NCBI GenBank assembly: GCA_038087875.1
Contig: JAXLNO010003747.1
Coordinates: forward strand, 186,001 to 250,000
DNA from: Malacoraja senta
Taxonomy: Eukaryota
Direction: 5' to 3'
DNA length: 64,000 nucleotides
Shown: positions 27,345-40,099 of the stretch, piece after piece
Position numbering within the stretch: the stretch's first letter is position 1
How the letters are laid out: the number at the start of each line of letters is the position of its first letter
The notes under the pieces: model-generated
What the model saw: the letters and a program-made list of their open reading frames with translations, nothing else
Database searches by the model: none
What the model was told of the DNA's origin: nothing
Translations under genes and position numbers: made by a program

Positions 27345-27925
27345 AGAAACATATAAAATTGGTGCAGGAGTAGGCCATTTGTCCCTTCAAGCCAGCACCA
27401 CCATTCAATATGGTCATGGGTGATCAACCAGAATCAGTACCCTGTTCATGCTTTCTCCCCATATCCCTTGATTTCGTTAACCCTAAGAGCTAACTCTCTC
27501 TTGAATACATTCAGTGAATTGGTCTCCGCTGCCTTCTGTGGCAGAGAATTCCACAGATTCACAACACTCTGGGTGAAAAGGTTTTCCCCATCTCAATCCT
27601 AAATGGCCTACCCCTTATTCGTAACCTGTGACCCCTGGTTCTAGACTCCCCCAACATTGAGAATATTTTTCCTGCATCTAGTCTGTCAAATCCCTTATTA
27701 GTATTCTATTTCTATCAGATACCCTCTCATCCTTCTGAATTCCAGTGAATATAATCCCAGTCGATTCATTCTTTTATTATATGACAGTCCCGCCATCCCG
27801 GGAATTAACCTAGTGAACTTTGCTGCACTCCTTCAATAGCAAGAATGTCCTTCCTCAAACTAGGCGACCAAGACTGCACAAAATACTCCAGGTGCAGTCT
27901 CACCAGGGCCCTGTATAACTGAATA
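27345..27925 (-). mobile_element. CR1 LINE 3' fragment
   Basis: Reverse complement of the CR1 RT end and 3' UTR seen in the other copies. Confidence 0.8.
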
Positions 27926-28999
27926 GACTCTGGCATCAAGTATATGAGTTGAGAAATCAAACAAAACATTGGTTAGGCTGCACATGGAGTATTGTGTAGA
28001 GTTCTGATCGCTCCACTACTAACATTACTGTGTGGGGATCACTGGTTGGCGTGGGCCGAAGGGCCTGTTTCTGCAATGTATCTCTAAACTAAAAAGGATG
28101 TGATGGCACCAAAAATAGTGCAGAAGGGTTTTGCCAGGTTGTTGCCTGGAATAGAGGTCTGGTGTTATGTGAAGAGATTGGATAGGCTGCATTTATTCTC
28201 ACTAGAATGCAGGAGTGAAATAATGAGGGCTATAGATTGTGTCAGAAGGAACTGCAGATGCTGGTTTAAACTGAAGAAAGACACAAAAAGCTGGAGTAAC
28301 TCAATGGGACACGCAGCATCATTGGAGAGAAGGAATGGGTGATATTTCGGGTTGAGACCTTTTTGGGTCGAAACCCTTCTTCAGGAAGGATCTACAGATG
28401 CTGGTTTACACCGAAGACAGACATAAAATGCTGGAGTAACTCAGCAGGACAGGCAGCATCTTTGGAGGGAAGGAATGAGTGACGTTTCTAAACATCATCC
28501 ATTCCTTCTCTCCATAAATACTGCCTGCCCTGCTGAGTTACTCCAGCATTTTGTGTCTATCTTTGGGGTATAGATAGGATAGAGAGTAACTGTCTCTTTC
28601 CTGGGGCAGTGGAGACTAGAACTGGAGGTTTAAGGTGATGGGAGAGAAATGTCAAGGGGATCTGAGCAGACGATTCTCACCGCAGTAGTTATCTGGAATG
28701 AGCTGCAGGGGAGATGGTAGAGGCAGATATAATCACAATGTCTATAAAGTATTTGGACTTTTGGTAGGAAAGTCAGGGAGGGATAAGGGTGTAATTCATG
28801 TAATTGTAGATAAACATCTCGGTCAGCATAGACAAGATTGTGCAAAAGGGCCTGTTTATATGCTGCATGATTCAGTTTATTTTAAGATTCTTTCTGTGGT
28901 TTTCATGTTGCTATCTCTATTAGCCAGAATAAGCACTGAAAATGGCTCAAGAGAGAACACTGCGTGAACCAAAGGAAGTGAGATAGGTAAAATAGGTTC

Positions 29000-29325
29000 T
29001 TTAGTTTTTTAGTTTAGATACACAGTGTAGAAACAGGCCTTTCTGCCCACCGAGTCAGCACCGGCCAGCGACTAACCCGCACACTAATACTATCCTATGT
29101 ACACGAGGGACAATTTGACACATGCATCAAGCCAATTAACCTACATTCCTGCACGTCTTTGGAGTGTGGGAGGAAATCAAAGATCTCAGCGAAAATCCAC
29201 GCAGGTCACGGGGAGAACGTACTAACTCCATACAGACAGCACCCATAGTCAGGATTGAAACCGGGTCTCTGGCACTGCAAACACTGTAAGGCAGCAACTC
29301 TACCACTGTGCCACTGTGCCGCCCT
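29000..29325 (-). mobile_element. V-SINE
   Basis: Consensus match by eye. Confidence 0.82.
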
Positions 29326-29999
29326 TATTGGTAACTTTGTATGATCTTATTTTGTTAGGATGCAAATTCTATGGGAACGCTTTCTCAAAGAGATAGATAA
29401 TGATGTAGAAACAACGAACTGCAGATGCTGGTTTGTACCAAAGAGTCACAAAGTGCTGGAGTAACTCAACGGGTCAGAGGTGTTCTACAGCATCTCTGTA
29501 GATAAAGGATGGGTGAAGCTTCAGGTTGGGATCCTTCTTCAGATTGATGTATCGGGTTGGGACCCTTCTTCAGACTAATCCTGCTTGAGACTGAAGTTGG
29601 GTCCTGACACGAAGTGTCATCCAGCCTTTTTCTCCAGAGATGCTGCCGGTCTCGCTGAGTTACTTTAGCACTCTGTGTCTAAGGTTGATAATGAGTTGTT
29701 CAATCCTGATTTTTTGTGATGTTAAATTTCTGCATGTTCACAGGGCAGACTGTGAGAGTAAACAGTTGAAAAACTAGTCTAGCAGGAAATGTGTGGTATT
29801 TGAGTAAGTGTGAATGTGGGGCCTCTCCAGTGAGATGATTGGGGAACTCCCTGACAAAGGGGGATGTGGTGAACAAGTCACCAGGAGGTCATATCAAAGC
29901 AGAAGTTAAATGTTACATTGATATTTTTAGTCTGCTCTTGATGTACTGGCATGGTGCAATCCGATTTGGACAACTTACTGTATATTGCAGCTGAAGATG

Positions 30000-30285
30000 G
30001 TATAGATATATAGCATTGGAACAGGCTCTTCAGCCCACCAAGTCCACGCTGAACAGCAATCACCGTACAGTAGCAATATCCTATAGACTAGCAACAATTT
30101 ATAATCTTTACCAAACCCTATTAAACTACAAACTCATCTTTGGAGTGTGGGAGGAAGCTGGAGCACCCAGGGAAAACCCACAGGTAGAATGTAAAAACTC
30201 CATACAGACAGCACCCATGGTCAGGATTGAACCTGGCGGTCTCTTGAGCTGTAAGGCAGTAACTCTACCGCTGTTCCACCGTGTC
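30000..30285 (-). mobile_element. V-SINE
   Basis: Consensus match by eye. Confidence 0.78.
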
Positions 30286-30734
30286 ACCCTTTTGTGGGGG
30301 ATCATGCAGAAGCCTCCTCGTGACGATCCACGGAACCGATGACACGATGCACTCTGAGATGCGTCGGGCGACCTATTCTGTCAACATGTTGGACGACGAC
30401 AGAAGCCAACAGTGAGCTACACCTCGTCTGACACACGAGCGAATGAACCCTTGTTAGACTAATCAACAAGTTTACGACTTATAAATATGATGTGATGCAA
30501 CTAATTGAGAGTGCAGCACAGAAACAAGCCCTTTGACCCATCAAGTCCATACTAACTATTTTGGGACCTGATCTCTGTTTATCTTCCTGATATTTCCAAT
30601 ACCTACCCCTAGATTTTACTCTTTAACGACACACGGAGCAATAAATGGTGGCCTGTGAACCAAATAACTGCCGTGACTTCCCTTTGTGGGTGGAATATCT
30701 GAATATCATATTTCCAAATGTTGATCAGTAAGGG

Positions 30735-31030
30735 CGACACGGTGGGGCAGCGATAGAGTTGCTGCCTTAAAGCGTCAGAGCCCCGGGTCCGATCCTGACT
30801 ATGGGTGCTGTCTGTACGGAGTTTGTACATTCTCCCCATGACCAGTGGGTTTTCGCCAAGATCTTCGGTTTCCTCCCACACTCCAAAGACGTGCAGGTTT
30901 GTAGGTTAAGAGGCTTGATATCAATGTAAATTGTCCTTCGTGTGTAGGATAGTGTTAATGTGCGGGGATCTGTGCGGACTCGGGCTGAAGGGCCTGTTTC
31001 CACACTGTATCTCTAAACTAAACTAAAATA
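30735..31030 (+). mobile_element. V-SINE
   Basis: Head, core and (taaac)n tail. Confidence 0.85.
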
Positions 31031-31396
31031 ATCTAATTAAGCTTGACATTTAGAATCGTGTACAGCATAGAAACAGGCCCTTCAGCCCAGCTTATCTATG
31101 CCAGCCAAGATGCCTCATCTACCCTTGACCCACCTATCTATATTTTAGTTTAGTTTAATTTATTATTAATGTCACGTGTACTGTTTTGCAGTGAAAATGT
31201 TTCTTGTGTGCTATCCAGTCAGTGAAAAAACTACATTACAATGAAGCCGTTCACAATCTATAGATACAGGGTAAATGATATCATGTTTAGTGCAATGTAA
31301 ATCCAATTGGTGTTTTGCTGATTTCCCTCCAAACCTTTCCTATCCATAGAAATGTCTATTACTTGACAATAATTGTATTATTTTCTTTGTGTCTAG

Positions 31397-31655
31397 GGCC
31401 TCACACACTCCTATTACTACACCGTGAACCACCGGAGTACTCATCTACCAGAATATAGTGTCGTGGGTGTTCTGGACGGTTGTGAGATACAGTATTATGA
31501 CAAAAACATGGTCATTACAGTTCCAAGACAGAAATGGATGGCGGCTGCATTTGACAGGAATTACTGGGTAACAAATACGGTCTCTGAAACTGGTTTCCAT
31601 GGAATCATCAAAGGGCAAGTCGATGAATGGATGCGGCGGCAGAACGAAACAGCAA
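31397..31655 (+). pseudogene. MHC class I-like alpha1 exon with a frameshift near its 5' end
   Basis: Acceptor ttttctttgtgtctag| and donor A|GTTAGT. Reads (G)PHTL then, in a shifted frame, YYYTVNHRSTHLPEYSVVGVLDGCEIQYYDKN...PRQKWM...NYW...MRRQNETA. This matches class I alpha1 (HSLRYFYT, LD, PRxxW, YW, and the N86 glycan sequon NET). The exon is 259 nt, not a multiple of 3. Confidence 0.9.
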
Positions 31656-31717
31656 GTTAGTTCATTCATTTCTATACATTTGGAGTGTGATCAATGTTCA
31701 TAAAAAAACATCTCAAA

Positions 31718-32655
31718 CATATTTGATGTCCACATTTTTATTGTTGGTGTGGGCGCATTTTTCCAGAATTTAAGTATAAGCTTTTTTCCCATTATTAGCC
31801 CATAATTGAGTAAATTCTTCTGATACACGTTTAATTCAGGAATACCTTCAAAAACCAAACTAAATAAAATCTTTCCTAACGTCTCACCAATCTGTGATAA
31901 ATGTATATGTCAAGAAGCTACCATAGCACATTCTTTTGTTTTTTGTACAAAAATCCAAAAATTCTGGTTTGAAATATTTGATATTTTTTCAAAATTAATC
32001 AAAATAAAACTGGTACCAAAACCAGAATGGATTATTTTTGGAATATCGGAAGGTATTCCTGAATTAAACGTGTATCAGAAGAATTTACTCAATTATGGGC
32101 TAATAATGGGAAAAAAGCTTATACTTAAATTCTGGAAAAATGCGCCCACACCAACAATAAAAATGTGGACATCAAATATGTTGGAAACATTACATCTGGA
32201 AGAGATGAGATTCCTCCTAGTAGGCAAAGTAGATCAATTTCAAAAGACGTGGTCTACGTTTTTGGACCTATTACAAGCATGAGGTGCAATAGTAATTTAG
32301 AAAAACAAATAAATAAATAAAAGGTATCTGGACCTGGTAATGGGAGGTAAAATAAAAACAGACTTGGTTGGTAGTTCCTTCTCTATGAAGTATGGTATAA
32401 GAATTATAATAGAGCGATTGTTCCTTCTTTCTTTCTCTTTTTTTTTCTAGGGTCTATTTTCTAACTTTACTTCCTTCTCTAACTTCTTTTCTAAGGGGCT
32501 TTCTTTTCCCAACACTCTTTTGCACTTCACAACCTTTGTGCACTTTCTTCACTTTTCTTACTTCTTTCTTTTTCTTTCTTAAAGTTTAAAAAAGTGAAGC
32601 GGTACAAAAAATGTATTAATATATACGTGTTGTACATTACTGTAATCTACCGTAC

Positions 32656-32700
<45 letters not shown>
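31718..32700 (+). mobile_element. L1/Tx1-like insertion with 5' inverted duplication, long poly(A) and TSD
   Basis: Same family as the copy at 23725. Poly(A) about 32659-32704. TSD aaaacatctcaaa on both sides. Confidence 0.9.
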
Positions 32701-32705
<5 letters not shown>

Positions 32706-34444
32706 ATCTCAAAGAAATTTCTCACTGTGCCAGAAACCCAGGTTTGATCGTGACTACACGTTCTCCCTGTGACCACAGATATTTCCTCCAGGTGCTCCGG
32801 TTTCGTCCCATATCTTGAAAACGAGAGAGTTTGTAGGTTAATTGGGCTCTGCAAATTACTCTTGTGTGCTGAGAATGGGTGAGAAAGTGGGATTACATAG
32901 ATGTGTAGGAAGGAACTGAAGATGCTGGTTTACAGCAAAGATAGGCACAATGTGCTGGAGTAACTCAGCGGGACAGGCAGCATCTCTGGATACAAGGAAT
33001 GGATGACTTTTCAGGTCAAGACCCTTCCTCAGACAGAGTGTTTCCCCTGACTTACTCCAGCATTTTGTGTCCATTTTGGGATAACATAGAACTAGTGTGA
33101 AAGATGATCAATAGTTGGCATGGAATTGGTGGGCAGAATTGCCTGTTTCCATGCTGAGTCACTAATCTAAGAACTGCAGATGCTGCAAATGTGAAATAAA
33201 AACCAAAAATGCCATTGTCTGATGGCTTCATTGTCAGTTTATCACCATGGAAACCTGTCATTACCTTATCAGTGATACTCCCTATGTCCAACCATGCCTC
33301 CCACTCCTGTCTGTAACTTACACATTCTCACATTTCTGAAGCATTAATTTTGTTTCTCTTTCCATAGGTTCTGTTGAACCTGCTATGCTTCCAGCATTTT
33401 ACAAATCATTGAAATGTTGGTGGCTTTTTGAATGGTTAAAATCCCTTGCGTACCTCACCAATTGTTTTTACTTTTATTGACAAATGTTGAAAGAAAAGTA
33501 GTGTGAAATATTTAAAGGATAACCTAAATGTCATTGTGGTTCAGCCGTAGTGATGCTGCCGTAGTGCCAGAGACCCAGGGTTGATCCTGGCCTCAGGTGC
33601 TGTCTGTACAGAGTTTGTACGTACTCCCCGTGACCTGCGTGGGATTTCCCCGGATGCTCCGGTTTCCTCCCACACTCCAAGCCTGTATGCCAAAGGGGAT
33701 CACTGGTCACTGTGGACTCTAAGGGCTGTTTTCGTGCTATATCTCTAAATTATCTTGGGCACCAATTGTAAAGTAAGCTGTCCAAATCCATCTGCACCAC
33801 ACTTGTATATCCATATAATTTGCAATTGGACACGTTTTATATTGTAAATCAATAAGTCCTATCACCATTACTGTGTTAATTCAATGACATTCGTAGTGTA
33901 CCATTGAACAAAGCAGGACTAGACGTGGGGGAACCACGGTGAGGTGGGGGACAAAGGAGGACCTGGTGTGGGAGACTTTATAACTTTGTCGGTGCCCTTT
34001 ATGTGAAGAATCTTGACATACGTTGGGTTTACAAAACAAAGAATTTCACTGTGACTTGTCACATGTCACTATAAAGTATCATTCATTCATGATTAATTAT
34101 TTCTGAAAACATTGCTTTTTGTTACCTCTTCGGTTACACATTAAACACATTATATTATTAATCTTTAACTGGACTAAAACAGGGTGAGTGTACAAACAGG
34201 GAACAATACGTCAAAATATTATGCACTGGGCATAATTTCTATCAATTTTCCACATCTTGCAATATTTATTATTATTTTCATATTATATGTGAATACATGT
34301 GAATGACGTTTATTACATTATCATCTGATTCATTGAACCATGTTTATTGAATCATATTGCCTTCAAAAATATTTTTTTTATTTGCATTATTTATGGTGCA
34401 CATATTATCTGCAACATTGTTATGTTTATGAGATTTATGAGCAT

Positions 34445-34780
34445 ATTGTCGGGGCTCAAGGGTGTGAACAAGAGGGAGAGATTGGGCAAGCCAGGGCTTT
34501 ATTCCATGGAGCACAGGAGGCTGAGGGGTGATCATATAGTGGTGCTTAAAATCATGAGGGGAATTGATAGACTGTATGCCCAGAGCCTTTTACCCAGAGA
34601 AGGAGAATAAAATAACCAGAGGACATGGGTTTAATGTGAGAGGGGAAAGATTTAATTGGAACTTGGGGGCGATCTTTGTGCTCAGAGAGTGGTCAGCATA
34701 TGGAATGACCTGCCAGAGAATGGAGTTGCGGCAGGTACAATAACAATATTTAAAAGACACATGGACAGGGACATGCATAG
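34445..34780 (+). mobile_element. Degraded CR1 3' fragment
   Basis: YSMEHRRLRGDHIVVLKIM resembles the CR1 motif [12 protein letters not shown]. Confidence 0.75.
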
Positions 34781-34782
34781 GT

Positions 34783-35256
34783 AGATAAAAGTGCTGGAGA
34801 AACTCAGCGGGTGAGGCAGCATCTATGGAGCGAAGGAAATAGGCAACGTTTCGGGCCGAAAACCCTTCTTCAGACTGATGTGAGGGTGGGTGGGAGGGGG
34901 GGGTGGGGCGCAGGAAGAAGAAAGGAAAAGGTGGAGCCAGTGGGCTGAGGGAGAGCTGAGTAGGGGAGGAGAAAGTAAGGACTACCTGAAATTAAAGAAG
35001 TCAATGTTCATACCGTTGGGGTGCAAACTGCCCAAGCGAAATATGAGGTGCTGCTCCTCCAATTTACGGTGGTCCTCACTCTGGCCATGGAGGTGGCCGA
35101 GGGCAGAAAGGTCGGATTTGGAATGGGAGGGGGGAGTTGAAGTGCTGATCCACCGGGAGATCAGGTTGGTTGTTGCGAACCGAGCGGAGGCGTTCGGCGA
35201 AACGATCGCCAAGCCTGCGCTTGGTCTCACCGATGTAGAGCAGCTGACATCTAGAG
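34783..35256 (-). mobile_element. Penelope-like 3' fragment
   Basis: VRPSAGLAIVSP/EEQHLIFRLGSLHP end plus pLTR. Confidence 0.85.
34842..34878 (-). ncRNA. Second intact copy of the hammerhead-like motif
   Basis: Minus strand ucagu-CUGAAGA-a-GGGUUUUCGGCCC-GAAA-CGUU-gcc. Confidence 0.48.
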
Positions 35257-36169
35257 AGAAACGTTTTGAATGATGTCTACCCATTGCAGGGTAAATGGGA
35301 CTAGCTTAAATGGGGTATCTTGATTAGCTTGGATAAGTTGGGCCAAAGGGCTTGTTTCCCTGCTGTGTGACTCTCTATGACTGCTTTATAGCAAAGAGCG
35401 CTGATGCCTCACAGCTCCAGTGATCCGTGTTCAATCATCTCCAGTGCAGTCTGTGTGGAGTATAAGCATTCTCCCTGTGACAATGTTTGTTCTCCAGTTT
35501 CCTCCCACATACCAAAATGTGCTGATTTAGTAGATTAAGCCACTGCTGAAAATAGGTGGATTTGTGGCATTGATAGAAATGAGAAAGATCCGTTTTGGGG
35601 AAAATTAGTGTTGGAATGGTTTTGTTCTCTGGGCTAGAGTGGGCTCATGAGGCTGAAAGGTCTCTTTCTCTGTCACATGGATTTATGGGCAGTTATTTAT
35701 CCTTGAACTGCCTTCTTTCTCATTTTAGTCAACAGTGTAAAATTGAACTAATTGTCTGGATTGAACTATTTAACAATTGTAGATGAAAGGAAGAGCAGAG
35801 GCTGCTTTCCTCCACACACAAAGTGCTGAGGAACTCAACGGGTCAAGTGGCATCTTTGGAGAACATGGGAAGGCAGATATTTCGGGTGAGGATCCTACTT
35901 CAGACTGAAGTTGGGTCACATTAGAACATGCTTTGTGCTCACACTCGCAGTCCAGTGTTAGTTTTCAAGGATTTTTTGTTATTCCCAGCTTGTAGTTGTT
36001 ACATATTCAGCAGAGAGAAGACGAGACAAACTAAAGCACCTGCAAAACACAACTAAAAGACCACAGAAAGAAGCTTGAAAAGAAGGCTCTTATCTAAACA
36101 ACGTACTTTCAAGAGTGAGTTAGATTTAGCTCTTAAGGCTAAAGGAATCAAGGGATATGGGGGAAAAGA

Positions 36170-37860
36170 TTAGTTAAAACAAATGTAGGTCCCTTGCAGT
36201 CAGAAACAGGTGAATTGATCATGGGGAACAAGGACATGGCAGACCAATTGAATAACTACTTTGGTTCTGTCTTCACTAAGGAAGACTTAATTAACTGCCA
36301 AAAATAGCTGAGGACCGGGGGTCAAATGAGATGGAGGAACTGAGTGAAATCCAAGTTAGCCGGGAAGTGGTGTTAGGTAAATTGAATGGATTAAAGGCCG
36401 ATAAATCCCCAGGGCCAGATAGGCTGCATCCCAGAGTACTTAAGGAAGTAGCCCCAGAAATAGTGGATGCATTAGTAATAATTTTTCAAAACTCTTTAGA
36501 TTCTGGAGTAGTTCCTGAGGATTGGAGGGTACCTAATGTAACCCCACTTTTTAAAAAGGGAGGGAGAGAGAAAACGGGGAATTACAGACCAGTCAGTCTA
36601 ACATCGGTAGTGGGGAAACTGCTAGAGTCAGTTATTAAAGATGGGATAGCAGCACATTAGGAAAATGGTGAAATCATTGGACAAAGTCAGCATGGATTTA
36701 GGAAAGGTAAATCATGTCTGACGAATCTTATAAAAATTTTCGAGGATGTAACTAGTAGAGTGGATAAGGGAGAACCAGTGGATGTGTTATATCTGGACTT
36801 TCAGAAGACTTTCGACAAGGTCCCACATAAGAGATTAATATACAAACTTAAAGCACACGGTATTGGGGGTTCAGTATTGATGTGGATAGAGAACTGGCTG
36901 GCAGACAGGAAGCAAAGAGTAGGAGTAAACGGTCCTTTTCACAAGCTGGGGGCAGTGTTAGCTGTGAGGAGGGTACTAGGAGGCTGCAAGGTGACTTGGA
37001 TAGGCTGGGTGAGTGGGCAAATGCATGGCAGATGTAGTATAATGTGGATAAATGTGTGGTTATCCACCTTGGTGGCAAAAACAGGAAAGTAGACTATTAC
37101 CTGAATGGTGGCCGATTAGGAAAACGGGAGATGCAACGAGACCTGGGTGTCATGGTACACCAGTCATTGAAAGTAGGCATGCAGGTGCAGCAGGCAGTGA
37201 AGAAAGCAAATGGTATGTTAGCATTCATAGCAAAAGGATTTGAGGAGCAGGGAGGTTCTACTGCAGTTGTTCAGGGTCTTGGTGAGACCACACCTGGAGT
37301 ATTGCCTACAGTTTTGGTCTCCTAATCTGAGGAAGGACATTCTTGCCATAGAGGGAGTACAGAGAAGGTTCACCAGACTGATTCCTGGGATGTCAGGACT
37401 TTCATATGAAGAAAGACTGGATAGACTCGGCTTGTACTCGCTAGAATTTAGAAGATTGAGGGGGGATCTTATAGAAACTTACAAAATTCTTAAGGGGTTG
37501 GACAGGCTAGATGCAGGAAGATTGTTCCCGATTTTGGGGAAGTCCAGAACAAGGGCTCACAGTTTAAGGATAAAGGGGAAATCTTTTAGGACTGAGATGA
37601 GAAAAACATTTTTTACACAGAGAGTGCTGAATCTCTGGCATTCTCTGCCACAGAATGTAGTTGAGGCCCGTTCATTGGCTATATTTAAGAGGGAGTTAGA
37701 TGTGGCCCTTGTGGCTAAAGGGATCAGGGGTTATGGAGAGAAGGCAGGTACAGGATACTGAGTTGGATGATCAGCCTTGATCATATTGAATGGCGGTGCA
37801 GGATCGAAGGGCCGAATGGCCTTCTCCTGCAACTATTTTCTGTGTTTCTATGTTTCTAAA
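36170..37860 (+). mobile_element. CR1 (HER1-like) LINE 3' half, degraded RT
   Basis: KSPGPDRLHPRVLKE, YRPVSLTSVVGK, YLDFQKTFDKVPH and VRPHLEYCLQFWSP motifs, with stops and frameshifts and a CR1 tail. Confidence 0.93.
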
Positions 37861-38460
37861 AGCAGGAATGGGGTACTGATTCTAGATGCAGGCATGATCA
37901 TATTGAATGGCGGTGCTGGCTCAAATGGCCGAATGGCCTACTCCTGTGCCTATTTTTCTATGTTTCTATAATTAGTATACATTCGGCTATTTGTGGTGTT
38001 TCTTGCAAACACGAAGACGAGAGAATGTAAAGGATCTGCAGAACAACTAAAAGACTGCAGAAAGCAGCTTGAAAAGGAGGCTCTTCATCTATACAACATC
38101 ATTATGTTTTATTCAGCTATCATTGTTTGTAGAGTTTCTTATTGGAATGAAAACATCATCCAAGTTTTGACCCTTCCTTATTACGCCTGGTCCCAGGGGC
38201 ATGGTTGGCATTAGCTCATTACCTTCATCCTAATAAAGGGTTGTTGTTCACAGTTGTGCCTAGGTTTTTATCAGTTATAACCTTGAGTTCACAAACTGTT
38301 CTTTGTCTCTGGGCTAAAGTTCACAGACTCTCCTTTTCAAGGAGTGAGCAGTTTTAAGCAAACTGACTTCAGCAAATCCTTACAAATTCCATTACACCCC
38401 CCCCCCCCCCCCCACTTTGATTCATCAATCAATGCCAGAGGGAATGAATCATCTAAGTAA

Positions 38461-39142
38461 AGGGGCCTGTCCCACTTACGTGTCCTTGGAACGCAAATTA
38501 CGCGTTGAGCCGCGATGGTCCGGCGAAGGTCGGGCACGATTTCATGCATACGCACAGCCGTCTGGAGCGCGTGATGTCATTTGAAGATGGACACAAAGCT
38601 GGAGTAACTCAGCGGGATCGGCAGCATCTCTGGAGAGAAGGAATGGATGACGTTTCATGTCGAGACTCTTCTTCAGTCTGAAAAGAAGGGTCTTGACCCG
38701 AAACATCACCCATTGCTTCTCTCCAGAGATGCTGCCGGTCCCGCTGAGTGACTCCTGCATTTTGTGTCTATCTTCAATTTTCTTGGCCCCGCTCTGGGAG
38801 CAGAAGTGGGGGCGGATCCGGACCGCAACGGCCGTGAGCCCCAGGCCGAGTTCGGCGATCGTTTGCCTGCTTCTGCTGCTGTTGAAAGTGAGACGTTGCG
38901 TCGCGCCAGGGTCTTGGGCCTGACCCACTTTGGCCGTCAGTTCCGCGACAGGCCGTTGGCGCGCGAAGATTTCATTCACTACAAAATTTTTGGAGCCCCG
39001 CGCAATGTCGCGCACAACTACATACCCTTCCGCGCTTCCAAGTGTGACCGGCCCCGCGCGGCCATACGATGCCCGTACGCCTCAACGCGACCACAAAGTC
39101 GCATAATTTGTGTGCCAAGGACACGTAAGTGGGACAGGCCCT
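38461..39142. mobile_element. Harbinger/PIF-like MITE containing a fold-back Penelope pLTR
   Basis: ~28-bp TIRs ggcctgtcccacttacgtgtccttgg and TAA on both flanks. Confidence 0.8.
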
Positions 39143-39489
39143 TAAAAATACCAAGGAAAGGTAGCGCAGCTACACATCACTGGATATCTTTAACCTGTTC
39201 AAAGCCATCGCCAAGTACACTAGGGGTCATGGCCAATAGTGAAAAATAAACTTGGCAGTGAACAGCTTAATGGTCTCCATATTTTAGAGAAAGCCTTCAA
39301 TGCCCATGATGGGTGAGCCTTATTATATCTATGTTTCTCTAAATATAGGAAGCACTTTTGTGGTAAAAGATGGGGCAGCTCGGGCCTCGAAAAGATCCAA
39401 CCTTATGTGCAGCTTTACATTTGTTTATATGCAATAAGCAAAAAGAACACAATAGAAGATAAAACATGATAATAATTATAAGCAAAGCC

Positions 39490-39698
39490 AAGAGATCGTG
39501 GCCTTACACGAGTTGCTGCCTTGCAGCACCAGAGACCCGGGTTTGAACCCGACTACGAGTGGTGACTGTACGGAGTTTGCATGTTCTCCCCGTAACCTGC
39601 GTGGCTTTTCTCTGAGATGTAGGTAAATTGGCTTGGTGTAAATGTAAATTGTCCCTAGTGTGGGCTGAAGGGCCTGTTTCAGCACTGTATCTCCAAAG
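39490..39698 (+). mobile_element. V-SINE whose tail is split by the hAT insertion
   Basis: Ends cactgtatctccaaag and resumes ctctaaagcttaaaactaaac at 44687. Confidence 0.8.
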
Positions 39699-40099
39699 CA
39701 GTGGTTCTTAACCTGGGGGTCGTTTGTGGTTTTTCTGGGGGGTCATGAATGGGTTGAAAAGAACATCAATTTGTTGAGCCTATTTTTAGGAACCTAACAA
39801 AGGTACAGACCACACACAGTATTTTGTTCACGAATGCGCGTACGTATAAACAGGGCCTATGAGAGGGGGGTGCAGGGGGTACATCGTACCCGGGAGCTGA
39901 AGGAGGGGGGACGGGAATTTCCTGAAATCTCAGAAAATGTTTGCATATATTTTGTGAAGACTAGCATTCACTATTTGTGTGAGCCGACAGAGTTTTATAT
40001 ATCGTAATTCGTAGAAATTGTGATCCATAATATAGCAGGGAATTTTAACTGGCGAGTGTGTGGTCGGGGGAACCTGATTAAAAGAGGGGGAAGGGGAAG

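Noticed and set aside
31397-31423. Phase-0 reading GLTHSYYYT that would keep alpha1 open
   Set aside because: The leader exon found ends in phase 1, as class I leaders do, and the phase-1 reading PHTL fits the HSL consensus better. Not fully excluded without cDNA.
32579-32854. Poly-Lys and poly-Phe ORFs
   Set aside because: Translation of the LINE poly(A) tail.
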